Assembly (NCBI GenBank): GCA_963774265.1
Contig: CAVZDU010000003.1
Location: forward strand, 544,001-608,000
DNA from: an uncultured Chloroflexia bacterium
Lineage (GTDB): Bacteria; Chloroflexota; Anaerolineae; CG2-30-64-16
Length of the DNA: 64,000 nucleotides
Direction of reading: 5' to 3'
The first letter of the stretch is position 1. Each line of letters opens with the position of its first letter. The notes beneath the pieces were generated by a model that worked only from the letters and a program-made list of their open reading frames with translations, ran no database searches and was not told the DNA's origin. A program made the translations under genes and the position numbers. Positions 1-12,820 of this stretch are shown here, piece after piece.

Positions 1-1
1 C

Positions 2-664
2 AAGCCGGGCGATGAGATGTGGAAGATGAAGGGTGATATGGCCGGCGCGGCGGCAGTCATCGGTGCATTGGGCGTGGTCGCGCGATTGAACTTACCACTT
101 CGTGTAGTAGGTCTCGCACCGTGCGCAGAGAATCTGCCGGGCGGCCGCGCACAGAAGCCTGGCGATGTGTTCACCGGCATGAAGGGCAAGACCATGGAGG
201 TCATCAGCACGGACGCGGAAGGGCGCATGCTGTTGGCCGATGCGCTCGCTTACGCGGCGCGTTTCAACCCTGCCGCGGTGATCGACATCGCTACGCTCAC
301 CGGCGTGCAGAGCATGTCGCTCGGTCCCCATGCGGCAGGCTTTTTCGCAAATGACGAGTCAGTGGCTGAGCGGCTGAACGCGGCGGCGACGGCCTCGGGT
401 GAGCGATTGTGGCGCTTTCCGCTATACGAAGAGTATGCGGAGCCGATCAAGAGCCAGGTGGCTGATGTGAAGAACAGCGCCGGCCGTCATGTAGGCCTGG
501 GAACGAGCGCCAAATTCCTCGAACACTTCACCGAGGGCTATCCCTGGGCGCACGTCGATATGGCATCGATGTCGCTGTCGGACGAGGATAAGCCGGCGAA
601 GCCCAAAGGTGCGACTGGGTACGGCGTGCGGTTGTTTACAGCGCTGCTGGAGGCGTGGCGCTAG
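2..664 (+). CDS. pepA: Leucyl aminopeptidase (M17), 5'-truncated by window edge
   Basis: Motifs MKGDMAGAA, STDAEGR, DIATLTG, WAHVDMA match the M17 catalytic domain. Confidence 0.93.
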   Translation, partial: KPGDEMWKMKGDMAGAAAVIGALGVVARLNLPLRVVGLAPCAENLPGGRAQKPGDVFTGMKGKTMEVISTDAEGRMLLADALAYAARFNPAAVIDIATLTGVQSMSLGPHAAGFFANDESVAERLNAAATASGERLWRFPLYEEYAEPIKSQVADVKNSAGRHVGLGTSAKFLEHFTEGYPWAHVDMASMSLSDEDKPAKPKGATGYGVRLFTALLEAWR

Positions 665-720
665 GCCGCCTGCACAGCACGCTAATCAGCCTGCGGTTCA
701 AGCGATTCTGCTGGCAAACA

Positions 721-2373
721 CTAAGCCGCTAACTGTATGGCAGCCAGACAAGCCAGGCTGGGCGGCCGCGTGGTACCAGGGCGATAGCCCATGAGCCACA
801 GGGCCGCGCGTCTGACGTTGACGGCGATGGCAATCAGCAGGTTTTGGACGTGTGTTTTGGTGGCGCCCTTGTAGCGCGAGCGGCGAGCGCCATGGGCGCG
901 GATCAGGGCGGAGATGGTGCCTTCGACGCCCGCCCGCAGGGTGTACTCGGCGTGAAAGTCAGCGGTCTGCTGATGCTGGCGACCGGTCTGCAGGGTCTCG
1001 TAGTAGGCCTTGAGTTTGAGTGTGCGACCCCCCGTCTCACTGCGCGTGCAGCGCTCCCGCACAGGACAGGCGCGGCAGGTGGCTTGTGGAAACTCGATCT
1101 GGATTTCGCGCGGCTCAGCGCGGGCACTGGCCCGCCAGCGATAGGATGTTTGGCCTTGCGGACAGATGGCGTGTTGCTGCTGGTGATCGATGTGGAACTG
1201 ATCCAGGGTGATGCCACCCTGCGTATGGGCTTGCCAACTGACATCGGCGGGCAGGGGGCCGATCAGGCGCACCCCGTAGTCGGCGGCGCTGTCAACGACG
1301 TTGCGTCCCGAGGTGTAACCGCCATCGACCCAATGGGCGCTGGGCAGCAGAGCGCGTCGCTGCAGGTCGGCATGAATCTTGGGGAGCAGTTCGACATCGC
1401 GCTCGGCGGTGGAGGTCGTTGCCACATGGGTGATCAGGTGCGGCTGGTCGTGGTCGCAGGTCTCGGTCCAATGCACGGCGTAGCCGGTCCACGCCTGGGC
1501 ATCATGCGCCGTGAAACGCGCCTCTGGATCATGCGGAGTGACAATGACCTGCCCAGCTGGAGGCTTATCAGCCTTGGCGCGCCAGCGCGGCCCATCCGCA
1601 GGGCGTTCGAATTGCTGCGTCCAGACCTCGGCCAAGACAACCACCGCCGGCAAGGTCGCCGCCTGGCTGGGCACGTCCGCTCGCTGCAGGGCGTCCAGCA
1701 GATGATAACCGTCCCGCCCGATGTCCAGGGCCAGCGCCGCCTGCTTCTCCTTGGTGCGCGGCAGCCGAAAGCCGGTCAGCACCAGACCATAGCGCGCGGA
1801 CCAATGTGGCAGGGCAATCGTCCGCAACCAGGCCGGCCGGTACTCGGACAGCGCTTCCAGCGCCAGCCGGACCGTCTCGGCCACCAACTGCAGCCGGTTC
1901 AGCAACTGCGTCGCCGCCAGCACGGCCGCCGAATCGGTGCGTTGCCGGCCCCCCTTCTTGAGCAGGTTCAAAGCCACCAAGCGCTTCAGCACGTGTTCAA
2001 ACATATCTTGGGCGCGCTCGTGTGCGGCCAGTCGTTGCCGAAACTCGCTCAGCACCGAGCTATCGAAGCCCGTGTCCTCCAAGGCCAGATGCAGAGCATA
2101 TTTCCAGTCAATGCGCGAGCGCACGGCGTCAGCCGCTTCGCTATCGGGCAGGTTCTCCATGAACTGGAAGATCGTGACCAAAGCCAGCAGATTGGGCGAC
2201 AGTGCCGGCGCACCGTCGGCGGCGTACAGGGCTGCAAAATCCAGGCCCTCGAAGAGGTTGCCCAGATGGTCGCCAATCGTCACGTAGATGTTGCCCTTAC
2301 GTCTGAATGCCGCCTTCGCAACACGCGCGGTCGCCTCCGGCAGGATGGGAAATGATGCGGCGGGTAGTGACAT
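721..2373 (-). CDS. IS1182-family DDE transposase
   Basis: DUF772-like N-terminus (RIDWKYALHL..FDSSVLSEFRQRL), RTDS, VDGGY, a Cys-rich CPxG..CxxCxxxxxC insert, Y..RAGVEGTIS; GGAGG RBS before ATG 2373. Confidence 0.92.
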   Translation of the reverse strand: MSLPAASFPILPEATARVAKAAFRRKGNIYVTIGDHLGNLFEGLDFAALYAADGAPALSPNLLALVTIFQFMENLPDSEAADAVRSRIDWKYALHLALEDTGFDSSVLSEFRQRLAAHERAQDMFEHVLKRLVALNLLKKGGRQRTDSAAVLAATQLLNRLQLVAETVRLALEALSEYRPAWLRTIALPHWSARYGLVLTGFRLPRTKEKQAALALDIGRDGYHLLDALQRADVPSQAATLPAVVVLAEVWTQQFERPADGPRWRAKADKPPAGQVIVTPHDPEARFTAHDAQAWTGYAVHWTETCDHDQPHLITHVATTSTAERDVELLPKIHADLQRRALLPSAHWVDGGYTSGRNVVDSAADYGVRLIGPLPADVSWQAHTQGGITLDQFHIDHQQQHAICPQGQTSYRWRASARAEPREIQIEFPQATCRACPVRERCTRSETGGRTLKLKAYYETLQTGRQHQQTADFHAEYTLRAGVEGTISALIRAHGARRSRYKGATKTHVQNLLIAIAVNVRRAALWLMGYRPGTTRPPSLACLAAIQLAA

Positions 2374-2415
2374 GCAGAACCTCCGGCTGAACATAGGCTT
2401 GCTAGCGTGCGGCCC

Positions 2416-2444
2416 ACACTACCCGCCCCGCTCTGTTTTGTCAA
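2416..2444 (-). promoter_or_regulatory. Putative sigma70 promoter of the transposase
   Basis: TTGACA-N17-TAGTGT on the minus strand, inside the element. Confidence 0.55.
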
Positions 2445-2525
2445 CGCCGTCGCACGCCACTTCAGCCCTAGCTGTTTGCCAGCAGAATCTTTTTAGTCTG
2501 TGGCGTCGCAAGCACGGACAAATTC

Positions 2526-2987
2526 TCAACGTGCATCACGAGCAGGCGGCGCCTCCGGGCAGATTTCGAAGCTGTGCGTGATTTCCGTGACACCGCGAAT
2601 TGTGGCGGCCACGGAGCAATACTTCTCCTCAGACAGCTTGATTGCGCGTTCGACCTTCTTTGCGTCCAACCCTTTGCCGGTGGCCTGGTAATGCAGGTGG
2701 ATCCTGGTGAATGGCCAGGGAGGTTCGGGCGCCTGCTCCGCGTCCGCACTGATGATCAGGTCGGTCAGCGGCTCGTGCTGCTTTTGCAGAATATCGACCA
2801 CATCATAGGCCGAACATGAGGCCAGCGCGATTACCAGCAGGTCCGAAGCCTTGGAGCCGCGTGCTTCGGTCCAGGTAGGGTCGTTGGGCTTCTGCCAATA
2901 GCCGGCGACAACCGTGCGGCCAGTTGTGTCGCGGCCGACGAACATCCGGCTCTCCTCGCCCAACCACTTTACGTCGATTCTTCCCAT
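2526..2987 (-). CDS. OsmC/YhfA-family protein
   Basis: [14 protein letters not shown] and [14 protein letters not shown] two-Cys signature. Confidence 0.88.
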   Translation of the reverse strand: MGRIDVKWLGEESRMFVGRDTTGRTVVAGYWQKPNDPTWTEARGSKASDLLVIALASCSAYDVVDILQKQHEPLTDLIISADAEQAPEPPWPFTRIHLHYQATGKGLDAKKVERAIKLSEEKYCSVAATIRGVTEITHSFEICPEAPPARDAR

Positions 2988-3028
2988 GCATCCTCCAGGC
3001 AGAACTCACTCTCGCTTGTCTTGGATTG

Positions 3029-3054
3029 GACGCGGGAACCCCCATGGAGGTTAC
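3029..3054 (-). promoter_or_regulatory. Putative ECF-sigma promoter upstream of the OsmC gene
   Basis: GTAAC-N17-CGTC, typical ECF -35/-10 geometry. Confidence 0.5.
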
Positions 3055-3074
3055 ATCGGCGGTTGGAGCTGAAG

Positions 3075-3458
3075 CTATGCCGCGCGGTCGCCCCGCCGGT
3101 ACAACATGTAGGCGACGATTCCCGCTATGGAAACCGCCGAGCCAACCGCTGCGGCGGCCGCAGCGCCGATCACCCAGCGCCGCTCGAACGCGTCGAAACG
3201 GGCGCCGCCGAGCGTCGCGGGTGAGGCGAAGCCGGCCATGGCAGCGCGCGCGTTCTGCTGCCGGGCCGCAGCAAGCAGGCTGCGCTCCAGGTCCGCGCGA
3301 AATTGCGGCCTCAACTGGACAGGGACAAAGAGCGCTGCAAGCTCGCGTGCGAGGCCCAGGAACGGAACGACTGACAGCACGGCGCCCGGCCGGCTGAGGC
3401 CAGGCGCACGCGTGGCCAAAAGAATTCGTGAAGGAAGAACGAGACGACTCACAGCCAT
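3075..3458 (-). CDS. Small single-TM protein, probable anti-sigma factor
   Basis: Directly downstream of an ECF sigma; PQFRADLERSL helix and a C-terminal hydrophobic segment followed by RR; start uncertain. Confidence 0.55.
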   Translation of the reverse strand: MAVSRLVLPSRILLATRAPGLSRPGAVLSVVPFLGLARELAALFVPVQLRPQFRADLERSLLAAARQQNARAAMAGFASPATLGGARFDAFERRWVIGAAAAAAVGSAVSIAGIVAYMLYRRGDRAA

Positions 3459-3494
3459 CGTGAACCTTTCATAGCAGAGAACGCATGCGGGCCG

Positions 3495-4091
3495 CTACCA
3501 ACCGCGTGCTTGCAGGTCGGCCCTGAGGGCCTTTAACGTTCGAAAATACAACGACTTGATCGCGCTCTCCGTTCGCCCCATCGCCTCGCCGATTTCCTCG
3601 TTTGAGAGTCGGTCCGCGTACTTCATGATCAACAGCCGCTGGCGCTCTTCAGGTTGGCGGCCGATCGCCGACCAGAGCGCCTGTTTGCGCTCGTTCGTCT
3701 CAGCGGACCGCTCGGGGCCATCGGACGGCTTGCTGGTCAGTTCAAGGTCCTCGATTGATGTGAATTTCCACCGGCTGTGCGCCCGGTGATGGTTGGCCAC
3801 CAAGTTGTGCGCGATGCGATACAGCCATGCCACAAACGGCACCCCATGATCGGTGTACCTTGGCAGGTGCGTCAAAGCCTGGTGGAAGGTGCGCGCAGCG
3901 AGGTCCTCAGCATCGTGAGCATTGCCCGTGCGGTAGTAGATATAGGTGTAGATGCGATCTACATGCCGCCGGTAAAGCTCGCCGAAGGCATCCGCGTCAG
4001 CCTTCGCCAACTCGATCAAGGCAGCTTCGGTCAGGCCGACGAACGGGCCAGCCGCCACCTCCTCTGTCACCAGATCCTGCGAACGTGGCAT
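3495..4091 (-). CDS. ECF-type RNA polymerase sigma factor
   Basis: AFGELYRRH, DAEDL, AWLYRIAHN (region 2); LSNEEIGEAMGRTESAIKS (region 4). Confidence 0.93.
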   Translation of the reverse strand: MPRSQDLVTEEVAAGPFVGLTEAALIELAKADADAFGELYRRHVDRIYTYIYYRTGNAHDAEDLAARTFHQALTHLPRYTDHGVPFVAWLYRIAHNLVANHHRAHSRWKFTSIEDLELTSKPSDGPERSAETNERKQALWSAIGRQPEERQRLLIMKYADRLSNEEIGEAMGRTESAIKSLYFRTLKALRADLQARGW

Positions 4092-4134
4092 AAATTAGAA
4101 CACCCGCAGACCCCAAAGGACGCGGAGCGCCGCG

Positions 4135-4995
4135 TCAGGCCTTCTCATACGCCGTTCTGCCAACCACCGCTACACCGACCGTCCCCGGTCCAACGTGCAC
4201 GCCGATCACGGGACCAAGCTCCGCGACGAAGAATGTCGGGCAGTCAAAGGCTTTACTCAATTTGGCAGCCAGCGCCCACGTCTCCTCTGCGGCGACAGCA
4301 TGGGTAAGCGCCAACCGGGCGTTTGCGCCGCGATCTGTGACGCGCTTCAGCAGGATTTCCTGAGCGCTCTCGAGTGCCTTGGACTTGCTGCGCACGCGTC
4401 CCAGGGGCACGACCTCGCCGTCGACGATACCCAGCAGGGGTTTGAATTTGAGCAGGGTGCCGACTAAGGCCTGGGCCTTCCCGATTCGCCCGCCGCGCTG
4501 CAGATACTCCAGCGTTTCCAGCACGAACACCAAATGGACGTGCTCGCGCATGGCGAGCAACCGCGCGACAATCTCCGCGCGAGTTGCACCTGCGTCGATC
4601 ATGGCCACGGCCTCCTGCACCATCAACCCGAGCCCAACGGAAATGGTGGTCGAGTCGATCACCTCGACGGACCAGCCTGGGTTGCTCTCATAAGCAACTA
4701 CCGCCGCGCTGTATGTGCCGCTCAGCTTGGACGAGAGCACGAGGGCAATCACCTCGTCGCCCGCAGCGGTGAAATTCTCGAAGAGGCCGAGAAAATCGGA
4801 GGGGATCGCTTGTGAGGTGCTGGGCAGCGGATCGCTGGCCGGCAGACGGGCCCAGAACTGCTCGCGGGTGATTTCGATGCCGTCGCGCAGTGCCTCCTGG
4901 CCGAACACGACGCTTAGCGGGACGACGGTGACCGCAGGATGGTGCAGGACCTCCGGCGGGGCTTCGCAAGTTGAATCAGTGATAATGCGGATCAT
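4135..4995 (-). CDS. DegV/FakB-family fatty-acid binding protein
   Basis: IITDSTC, STSQ, LSSKLSGTY, YLQRGGRIG, IGVHVGPG; start corrected to ATG 4995. Confidence 0.93.
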   Translation of the reverse strand: MIRIITDSTCEAPPEVLHHPAVTVVPLSVVFGQEALRDGIEITREQFWARLPASDPLPSTSQAIPSDFLGLFENFTAAGDEVIALVLSSKLSGTYSAAVVAYESNPGWSVEVIDSTTISVGLGLMVQEAVAMIDAGATRAEIVARLLAMREHVHLVFVLETLEYLQRGGRIGKAQALVGTLLKFKPLLGIVDGEVVPLGRVRSKSKALESAQEILLKRVTDRGANARLALTHAVAAEETWALAAKLSKAFDCPTFFVAELGPVIGVHVGPGTVGVAVVGRTAYEKA

Positions 4996-5029
4996 GGTGC
5001 AACAACTCCTGAAATGAGCTGGCCTGCAC

Positions 5030-5057
5030 ATCTTAGGTGCATGGCGGGGGTTTGTCA
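5030..5057 (-). promoter_or_regulatory. Putative sigma70 promoter of degV
   Basis: TTGACA-N16-TAAGAT. Confidence 0.5.
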
Positions 5058-5175
5058 ATGAGAAGCAGATAAATCCAATAAAGTATAAACCCGGCCCACG
5101 TGGAAAAGATGCGGGCAAACGTGGCGAAGGGTGGACCCGTGCGCCGCGATGGTTGGCGGGTGACATGGGGTTCGA

Positions 5176-6574
5176 CTACTTCAGGATATAGTACGTCGCC
5201 TTGCGCTCGCCCACCTTCAGGAGCAGCCCCTGATCGACCAGGTCGGCCAGCAGGCGGCGGATGGTCTCATCGCTGAGGTCGGGGATGAGATCGCGGAACT
5301 CACGGTTGGTGATCGCACCGTGCTCCGCGAGATAGGCCAGCGCGCGCTCCTGCCGCGGGTCGAGGCGGCGGTTCGCCCAGCGGGGTGCCGGCTCGGGGCT
5401 GACCAGGTCGTCGCCGCGGCCGGTCAGGGTGACGCGGAAGCCCGCGACGGTCTCTTCGAACACGGGCGCGGGGAGGCCGGCTTCGCTCATCGCGGCGACG
5501 ATGCGGTCGATGCCGTAGCCGAGGCGCTCGACAAAGCCCAGGTCCGACAGGGCCTGGACAATCGCCTCGTTGCGCGAGAAGCGCTCGGTCAGCAGGTTTT
5601 CGAGCGTCACGTGGCCGGGCAGGCGGCCGGGGCTGTAGATTTCCATGCGGTCGCTGAACATGAGAACCCGGATGTCATCCCCACGGATGGCATAGTCGCG
5701 ATGCGCCACCGCGTTGACGATCGCCTCGCGAACCACCGCGAGCGGATACTCGGTCACCTCGGTGCGCGTCAGGCCGCGGATGCGCAGCCCGCGGCGCATG
5801 TTTGCGGCGACGAAGGCCTCCGCCTGGCGGATTTGCACAGGGAGCGCGCCCGGTCGCTTCGTCGCGCACGAAGTCGTCGCCCATCGCTGCACCGGGGTAG
5901 CGGATCAGGGTGATCGCGGCGTTGCGCAGGAAGCGCTGCGGCTGGCGGCCGAACAGGAGGATGCCCGCGTAGGTGGGGACCAACTCACCGCCGAGCTCGG
6001 TCAGGCAGCCGCGGTCGAGCAGCACCCGCTGCCATCCCTCGCCGGCCGTGCCTGGCAGGCCGGCCACATACCCGTCCACCGCGTCGCGGTCCAGGTCCGC
6101 GAGTGCGGCGCTGGGCGCGGGGCGGGCCTCGAAACCCGACTCGTCGCGGCTCAGTAGTAATGCGGTCAACTCCGTTGCGCTGAGCAGCCGGTTCCGCGCG
6201 CCCGCACGCGCGAGGTAGCGCCCGTTCAAGCTGTAGACATGCGACAGGCCAGGTGGGACATAGGCTGCGCAGAGGGTCTTCTCAGCGACCTCCACGATTG
6301 CGACCACGGGAAGGATCAGCGGCGGCGTCGCCAGGAGGCCGGCAGCACGGACGGCCTCCTTGGCAGCCACTTCGTCTGCGACACCCAGGGGCTTGCCATT
6401 GGCGCCGGCGCCCAGCAGGACCACCCCACCGTGGGTGTTAGCCAGTGCGATGAGGGTTTCGGCCAGCCGGGCAGGGCTTGGATTTGAGGGGACAAACGCC
6501 ACGGCCTCGCCCGGTCCCCCGGCCAGCAGTTGCTCAATCTCCGCCGGGCCCAGGTCCTCGCCCGGACGGGTCAT
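5176..6574 (-). CDS. AlbA_2 (Schlafen-like) + HATPase_c_4 + winged-HTH protein; one frameshift near 5850
   Basis: [13 protein letters not shown] (AlbA_2); [25 protein letters not shown] (HATPase_c_4); C-terminal [17 protein letters not shown]; split over ORFs 5675-6574 and 5176-5892. Confidence 0.85.
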
Positions 6575-7767
6575 GAGAGCTCCACCTCATCGACGCGCCA
6601 GTGGAGTTCGGCGTCAGGGAGGTCGGCAGCAATGCTGATGAGAATCCAGACGGCCTGGCGCACCACGCCATCGAGCACGATGCGCGTTTCGACTCGCACC
6701 CGCTCGCGACCGCACCAAAGACTATCCTGGGCAACGCCCTTGATCTGATCCGCACTGCACCAGGCGCCGCGGGCTTGCTCCGGCTCAACGCTCGGAGGAT
6801 TGCCCACGGAAACGAGGTTGATAGGGGCGCGCTCGGCTTTGCGCAACACGGCCAGGTCTGGGGCGACGAAAGCATTGTCGAGCACATAGTGGGACGACAC
6901 GCGGTCAGACGGGTTCTGGCCGCGCAGCAAGGCTACGACGACACCTTCAGGATAGACCGGGTCATCGGGTGCGCCAAAGCAGAAGTCGATGGTCTTCTGC
7001 GCAGGATCGGGGATGAACCGCACCAGCTCCATGTTGGGCCGGGTGTAGCTGTCGACATCGCACAGCAGGCTCCGGTGGTTGAGCAGGCGGTTATAGGTGG
7101 TGACCCGAGCAATCTGGCTGCCGCCCTCGGGCTGAACGTCGGATTCGACGCGCGCGTTGCCGGCGAAGTGCTCGCCCTGGTAGCCCGACGCCTTATCCGC
7201 CCAGCGGAAGATGGAAAGGCGGGTGGGCAGCTCCGTGCCCGTGAAGCCGAAGACGTTGATCTCAGTGACCTTGCAGGCGTCGCCCTTCTTCAGCTCGGGG
7301 AAGTAGCGAATCTCAACGCCCGTCTCGCCCAGGTACCCTTGACCCTTGCCCGCATAGAAGTCGGGCAACAGATTGTAAGGCACGATGTTGGATGCGCGGT
7401 AGGGGCCGGGATTAAGGGGCCGCTCCGGCAGGGTGTCCGCCTGTGTGTCGAAGATGACACCGCCGAAGGGTGCGATCATATGCGGCGCTTTGGCCAGCGG
7501 CAGGGTGACGGTGATCGCATCATAGCGATAGATAATCAACCGCTCGTTAGCCCCGTCATTGTCAAAGTCGCAGGCCTCCTGGGGTGTGCGCTGCACCTCC
7601 CAGCTCGAAGGGATGAGGGTCTTAAGGTCAAGCGGAATGACAGACGTGTCCTGGCGCGAGCCGAAAAGGCCAGGCCCGCCGCTCTTGTCCCGGAAGTAAA
7701 GGAACGCGGCGACAGTCAACAGGACAATGATGATTGTGAGCAACACGCCACCGCGACCTTTGAACAT
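6571..7767 (-). CDS. Hypothetical membrane-anchored/secreted protein
   Basis: 398-aa ORF with an N-terminal TM helix, a DFDNDGANE motif and several Cys; GGAG RBS; ATGA overlap with the next gene. Confidence 0.75.
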   Translation of the reverse strand: MFKGRGGVLLTIIIVLLTVAAFLYFRDKSGGPGLFGSRQDTSVIPLDLKTLIPSSWEVQRTPQEACDFDNDGANERLIIYRYDAITVTLPLAKAPHMIAPFGGVIFDTQADTLPERPLNPGPYRASNIVPYNLLPDFYAGKGQGYLGETGVEIRYFPELKKGDACKVTEINVFGFTGTELPTRLSIFRWADKASGYQGEHFAGNARVESDVQPEGGSQIARVTTYNRLLNHRSLLCDVDSYTRPNMELVRFIPDPAQKTIDFCFGAPDDPVYPEGVVVALLRGQNPSDRVSSHYVLDNAFVAPDLAVLRKAERAPINLVSVGNPPSVEPEQARGAWCSADQIKGVAQDSLWCGRERVRVETRIVLDGVVRQAVWILISIAADLPDAELHWRVDEVELS

Positions 7768-7829
7768 CTATTTGCTCCTCCGATGGGGCGAACCAGGACT
7801 TGAGCTATGACTCAGCAGCGCCGGATGTC

Positions 7830-10367
<2,538 letters not shown>

Positions 10368-10371
<4 letters not shown>

Positions 10372-11789
10372 TCCGGTACGACCTCGCCGGCAGTTTCGTC
10401 CTGCCAAACCCAATCATCCGCGGCGAACGCCTCGGGATGTCGCTCGGCCCATTCACGGCGCGCCTGCGCGACGACGAAGATGGAGCCGGTGATGCAGACC
10501 AAATCATGGGGTTCCGCCCAGGCCAGGGCTTCACGCAGCGCGCTGCTCAGGTTCGGCTGCACGCTGATCGGCATCTGCGTGCTGAGCCGGCGCACCAGGT
10601 CGGCAAGCTGCGCCGGCTCAGCGGAGCGCGGGTGGCCGCTCTTCGTGACGATCACCTTGTCGGCGGGCAGATAGCCCGCGACGGCGGACCCATCGAGAAA
10701 CTGGCGCAGCATGCCGTCAATGTCCTTGTCCGACGACGCGCCGAACACCAGGCAGAGCTGGCGGCGGGGCGGCCGCGGGAAGTAGTCGGCCAGCGCTGAG
10801 CGCAGCTTGAGTGCGGAGTTCTCATTGTGCGCGCTGTCCACCACCAGCACCGGCTCGTGGTTCAGCAGTTCGAAGCGGCCAGGCCAACGCGCGTTGAGCA
10901 GGCCCGCACGGATGGCAGGCTCGCTGATGGCCACCCCTCTATCGCGCAATTGCTGAAGAATGGCGACCGCGGTGGTCGCGTTGTCCGACTGATGCCGTCC
11001 CAGCAGCGGGATGCGCAGATCGACGAAGGTGGGATCGCCGCCGGGTCCGCGGATCGTGAGCGTCTGGCCGGACAGGTCGAAGCCGTCCCTTTCCATCATC
11101 CAGTCGCTGCCGACCACGGTGAGCTTCGCGCGCGTGTCATGACAGACGCGCTGGATCACGGCCATGGCCTCGGGTTCCTGCGGTGCGCTGACCACAGGCA
11201 CGCCATGCTTGATGATGCCGGCCTTCTCGAAGGCGATCAGCGACAGCGTGTGTCCGAGCAGCTCGACGTGGTCGTAGCTGAGCGACGTGATGGCGCAGAC
11301 CGCGGGGTGGACGACGTTGGTCGCATCGAGCCGGCCGCCCAGGCCCACCTCGACGACCGCCCATTCGACGCCCTGCTCCGCGAAATGCTTGAAAGCCATG
11401 GCGGTCATCACTTCGAACGCGGTGATGCCGTCAACGGCTTCCAGCGCGGGACGGCAGCGGTCGAGCAGGTCCACCAGGTCAGCCTTGCTCATCAGCTGGC
11501 TGCCGACGCGGATGCGCTCCCGGAACGAGTGCAGGTGGGGCGAGGTGAACAGGCCCGTGCGGTAGCCCGCAGTGCGCAGCACAGACTCGACCATGGCCGA
11601 GGTGGACCCCTTGCCCTTGGTGCCCGCGATATGCACCGAACGGAACCGGTCGTGGGGCCGGCCGAGCAGGTCGAGCACGCGCTCCATGCGGCTCAGATCG
11701 AAGGTGGCGGCGTCGTATGGGTAACGGGCTTTCTTCTCGTAGTTGACGTAGCCGAAGATGTAATCGAGGGCATCCTGATAGCGGCCCAT
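10368..11789 (-). CDS. folC: Folylpolyglutamate/dihydrofolate synthase
   Basis: HIAGTKGKGST, FTSPHL, EVGLGGRLDATN, WPGRFE, DSAHN, TGSIF. Confidence 0.95.
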
Positions 11790-11873
11790 GCAAGGCTCCG
11801 ATGAAAGGATCAGATTAAGATTACATCTATCTTAACGCAGAAGACGCAAATCTCAAAGAGGGGAACGTTCTGC

Positions 11874-12560
11874 CTAAGACAATTTGATCTCCGTCACCCA
11901 TTTCACCCAGGCGCTCCCCGCCTTTCCTGGAAAGACGGCACGTAACGGGAAACCGTGCGAGGCAGGCAGCGGCTCGCCTTCCCACTCGTAGGCCAGGAAG
12001 TTACCCTCGGCTTGCGCGTCTGCCAGCGAGAAAGGGTGCTCATAGCCTTCAATGCTGGTCAGGGTTACGAGTGCCGCATGTTGCTGAGGACCTGCCAGCG
12101 CGATCACAGTCGCCAGGGTCGTCCCGGCCAGGTTGGACTCGTCCACGAAAAAGCCCGGGCAGTCCAGCGTGACCCTGGCCCCGACCTTGGGCAGACAGCG
12201 CAGTTCGCCATAGGTCAGGCTGAGCGGTTGCTGGGTTAGCCCGCTCACTGTCAGCCGGTAGCTAGCCAGGTCCACCGTCTGGGCCGGTCCGACCACGTGG
12301 AGGCCGGTCTCTGGCTCCTGCTGGGCGTAGCCGGGATATGGCAGCGGTGTGGGCGGCACGACGGTGGGCAGGCTGCGAGCACAGGCGCCGCTCGGCCAGA
12401 GCGGCGCCCTGGGCGTGCCCGACGCGCTGCTGGCTCCCTGGTCGTTGGCCGGCGAGGGCAGGGGGCTAACCAGGGGCGCCGGTGGCGGCGCTGTGCAGGC
12501 GGCCAGGCTCACCACCGCCTGGAGAGTCGTGACAAGGAAGGACCGGCGACTCAAAACCAT
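11874..12560 (-). CDS. Tat-exported lipoprotein, sulfite-oxidase-family molybdopterin oxidoreductase
   Basis: SRRSFL Tat motif plus LAAC lipobox; TLDC Mo ligand; LAYEWEGEPLPASHGFPLR..G..WVKWV. Confidence 0.85.
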   Translation of the reverse strand: MVLSRRSFLVTTLQAVVSLAACTAPPPAPLVSPLPSPANDQGASSASGTPRAPLWPSGACARSLPTVVPPTPLPYPGYAQQEPETGLHVVGPAQTVDLASYRLTVSGLTQQPLSLTYGELRCLPKVGARVTLDCPGFFVDESNLAGTTLATVIALAGPQQHAALVTLTSIEGYEHPFSLADAQAEGNFLAYEWEGEPLPASHGFPLRAVFPGKAGSAWVKWVTEIKLS

Positions 12561-12702
12561 GAGCCGCGGCCTTCCTTGGGAGTTGCGACCGCCGGAGAAT
12601 CCTGGTATCCAGTAAGCCATGAGGGCCTCCCAGCAGAGCACTGTCACGCAAAGCTAATCAGCTACGACACGATGAAGATGCGGTTGCGTTCCCGTTTACA
12701 AA

Positions 12703-12740
12703 ATGGCCTCTACCAGGGCTGATCTGTTGGTAGAGGCCAT
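12703..12740 (-). terminator. Intrinsic terminator after the ZIP gene
   Basis: 13-bp inverted repeat ATGGCCTCTACCA/TGGTAGAGGCCAT followed by a short T-run on the minus strand. Confidence 0.7.
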
Positions 12741-12820
12741 CTATCAGGGTCAGCCTCAAGCAATTTCAGTATAACGCTCTGGCAGGTCCGGGTCAACGGT
12801 TTAGCGCACTTCAGGGCCGC

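Larger units (their letters stand above)
704..2489 (-). mobile_element. IS1182-family insertion sequence
   Basis: Perfect 17-bp terminal inverted repeats GATTCTGCTGGCAAACA at 704-720 and 2473-2489 bracket a single transposase; no obvious target-site duplication. Confidence 0.9.

Noticed and set aside
844-2355. 503-aa plus-strand ORF and other long antisense ORFs (e.g. 6601-7803, 17837-19867, 58155-59687)
   Set aside because: They are shadows of real genes on the opposite strand in high-GC DNA, with no recognisable motifs
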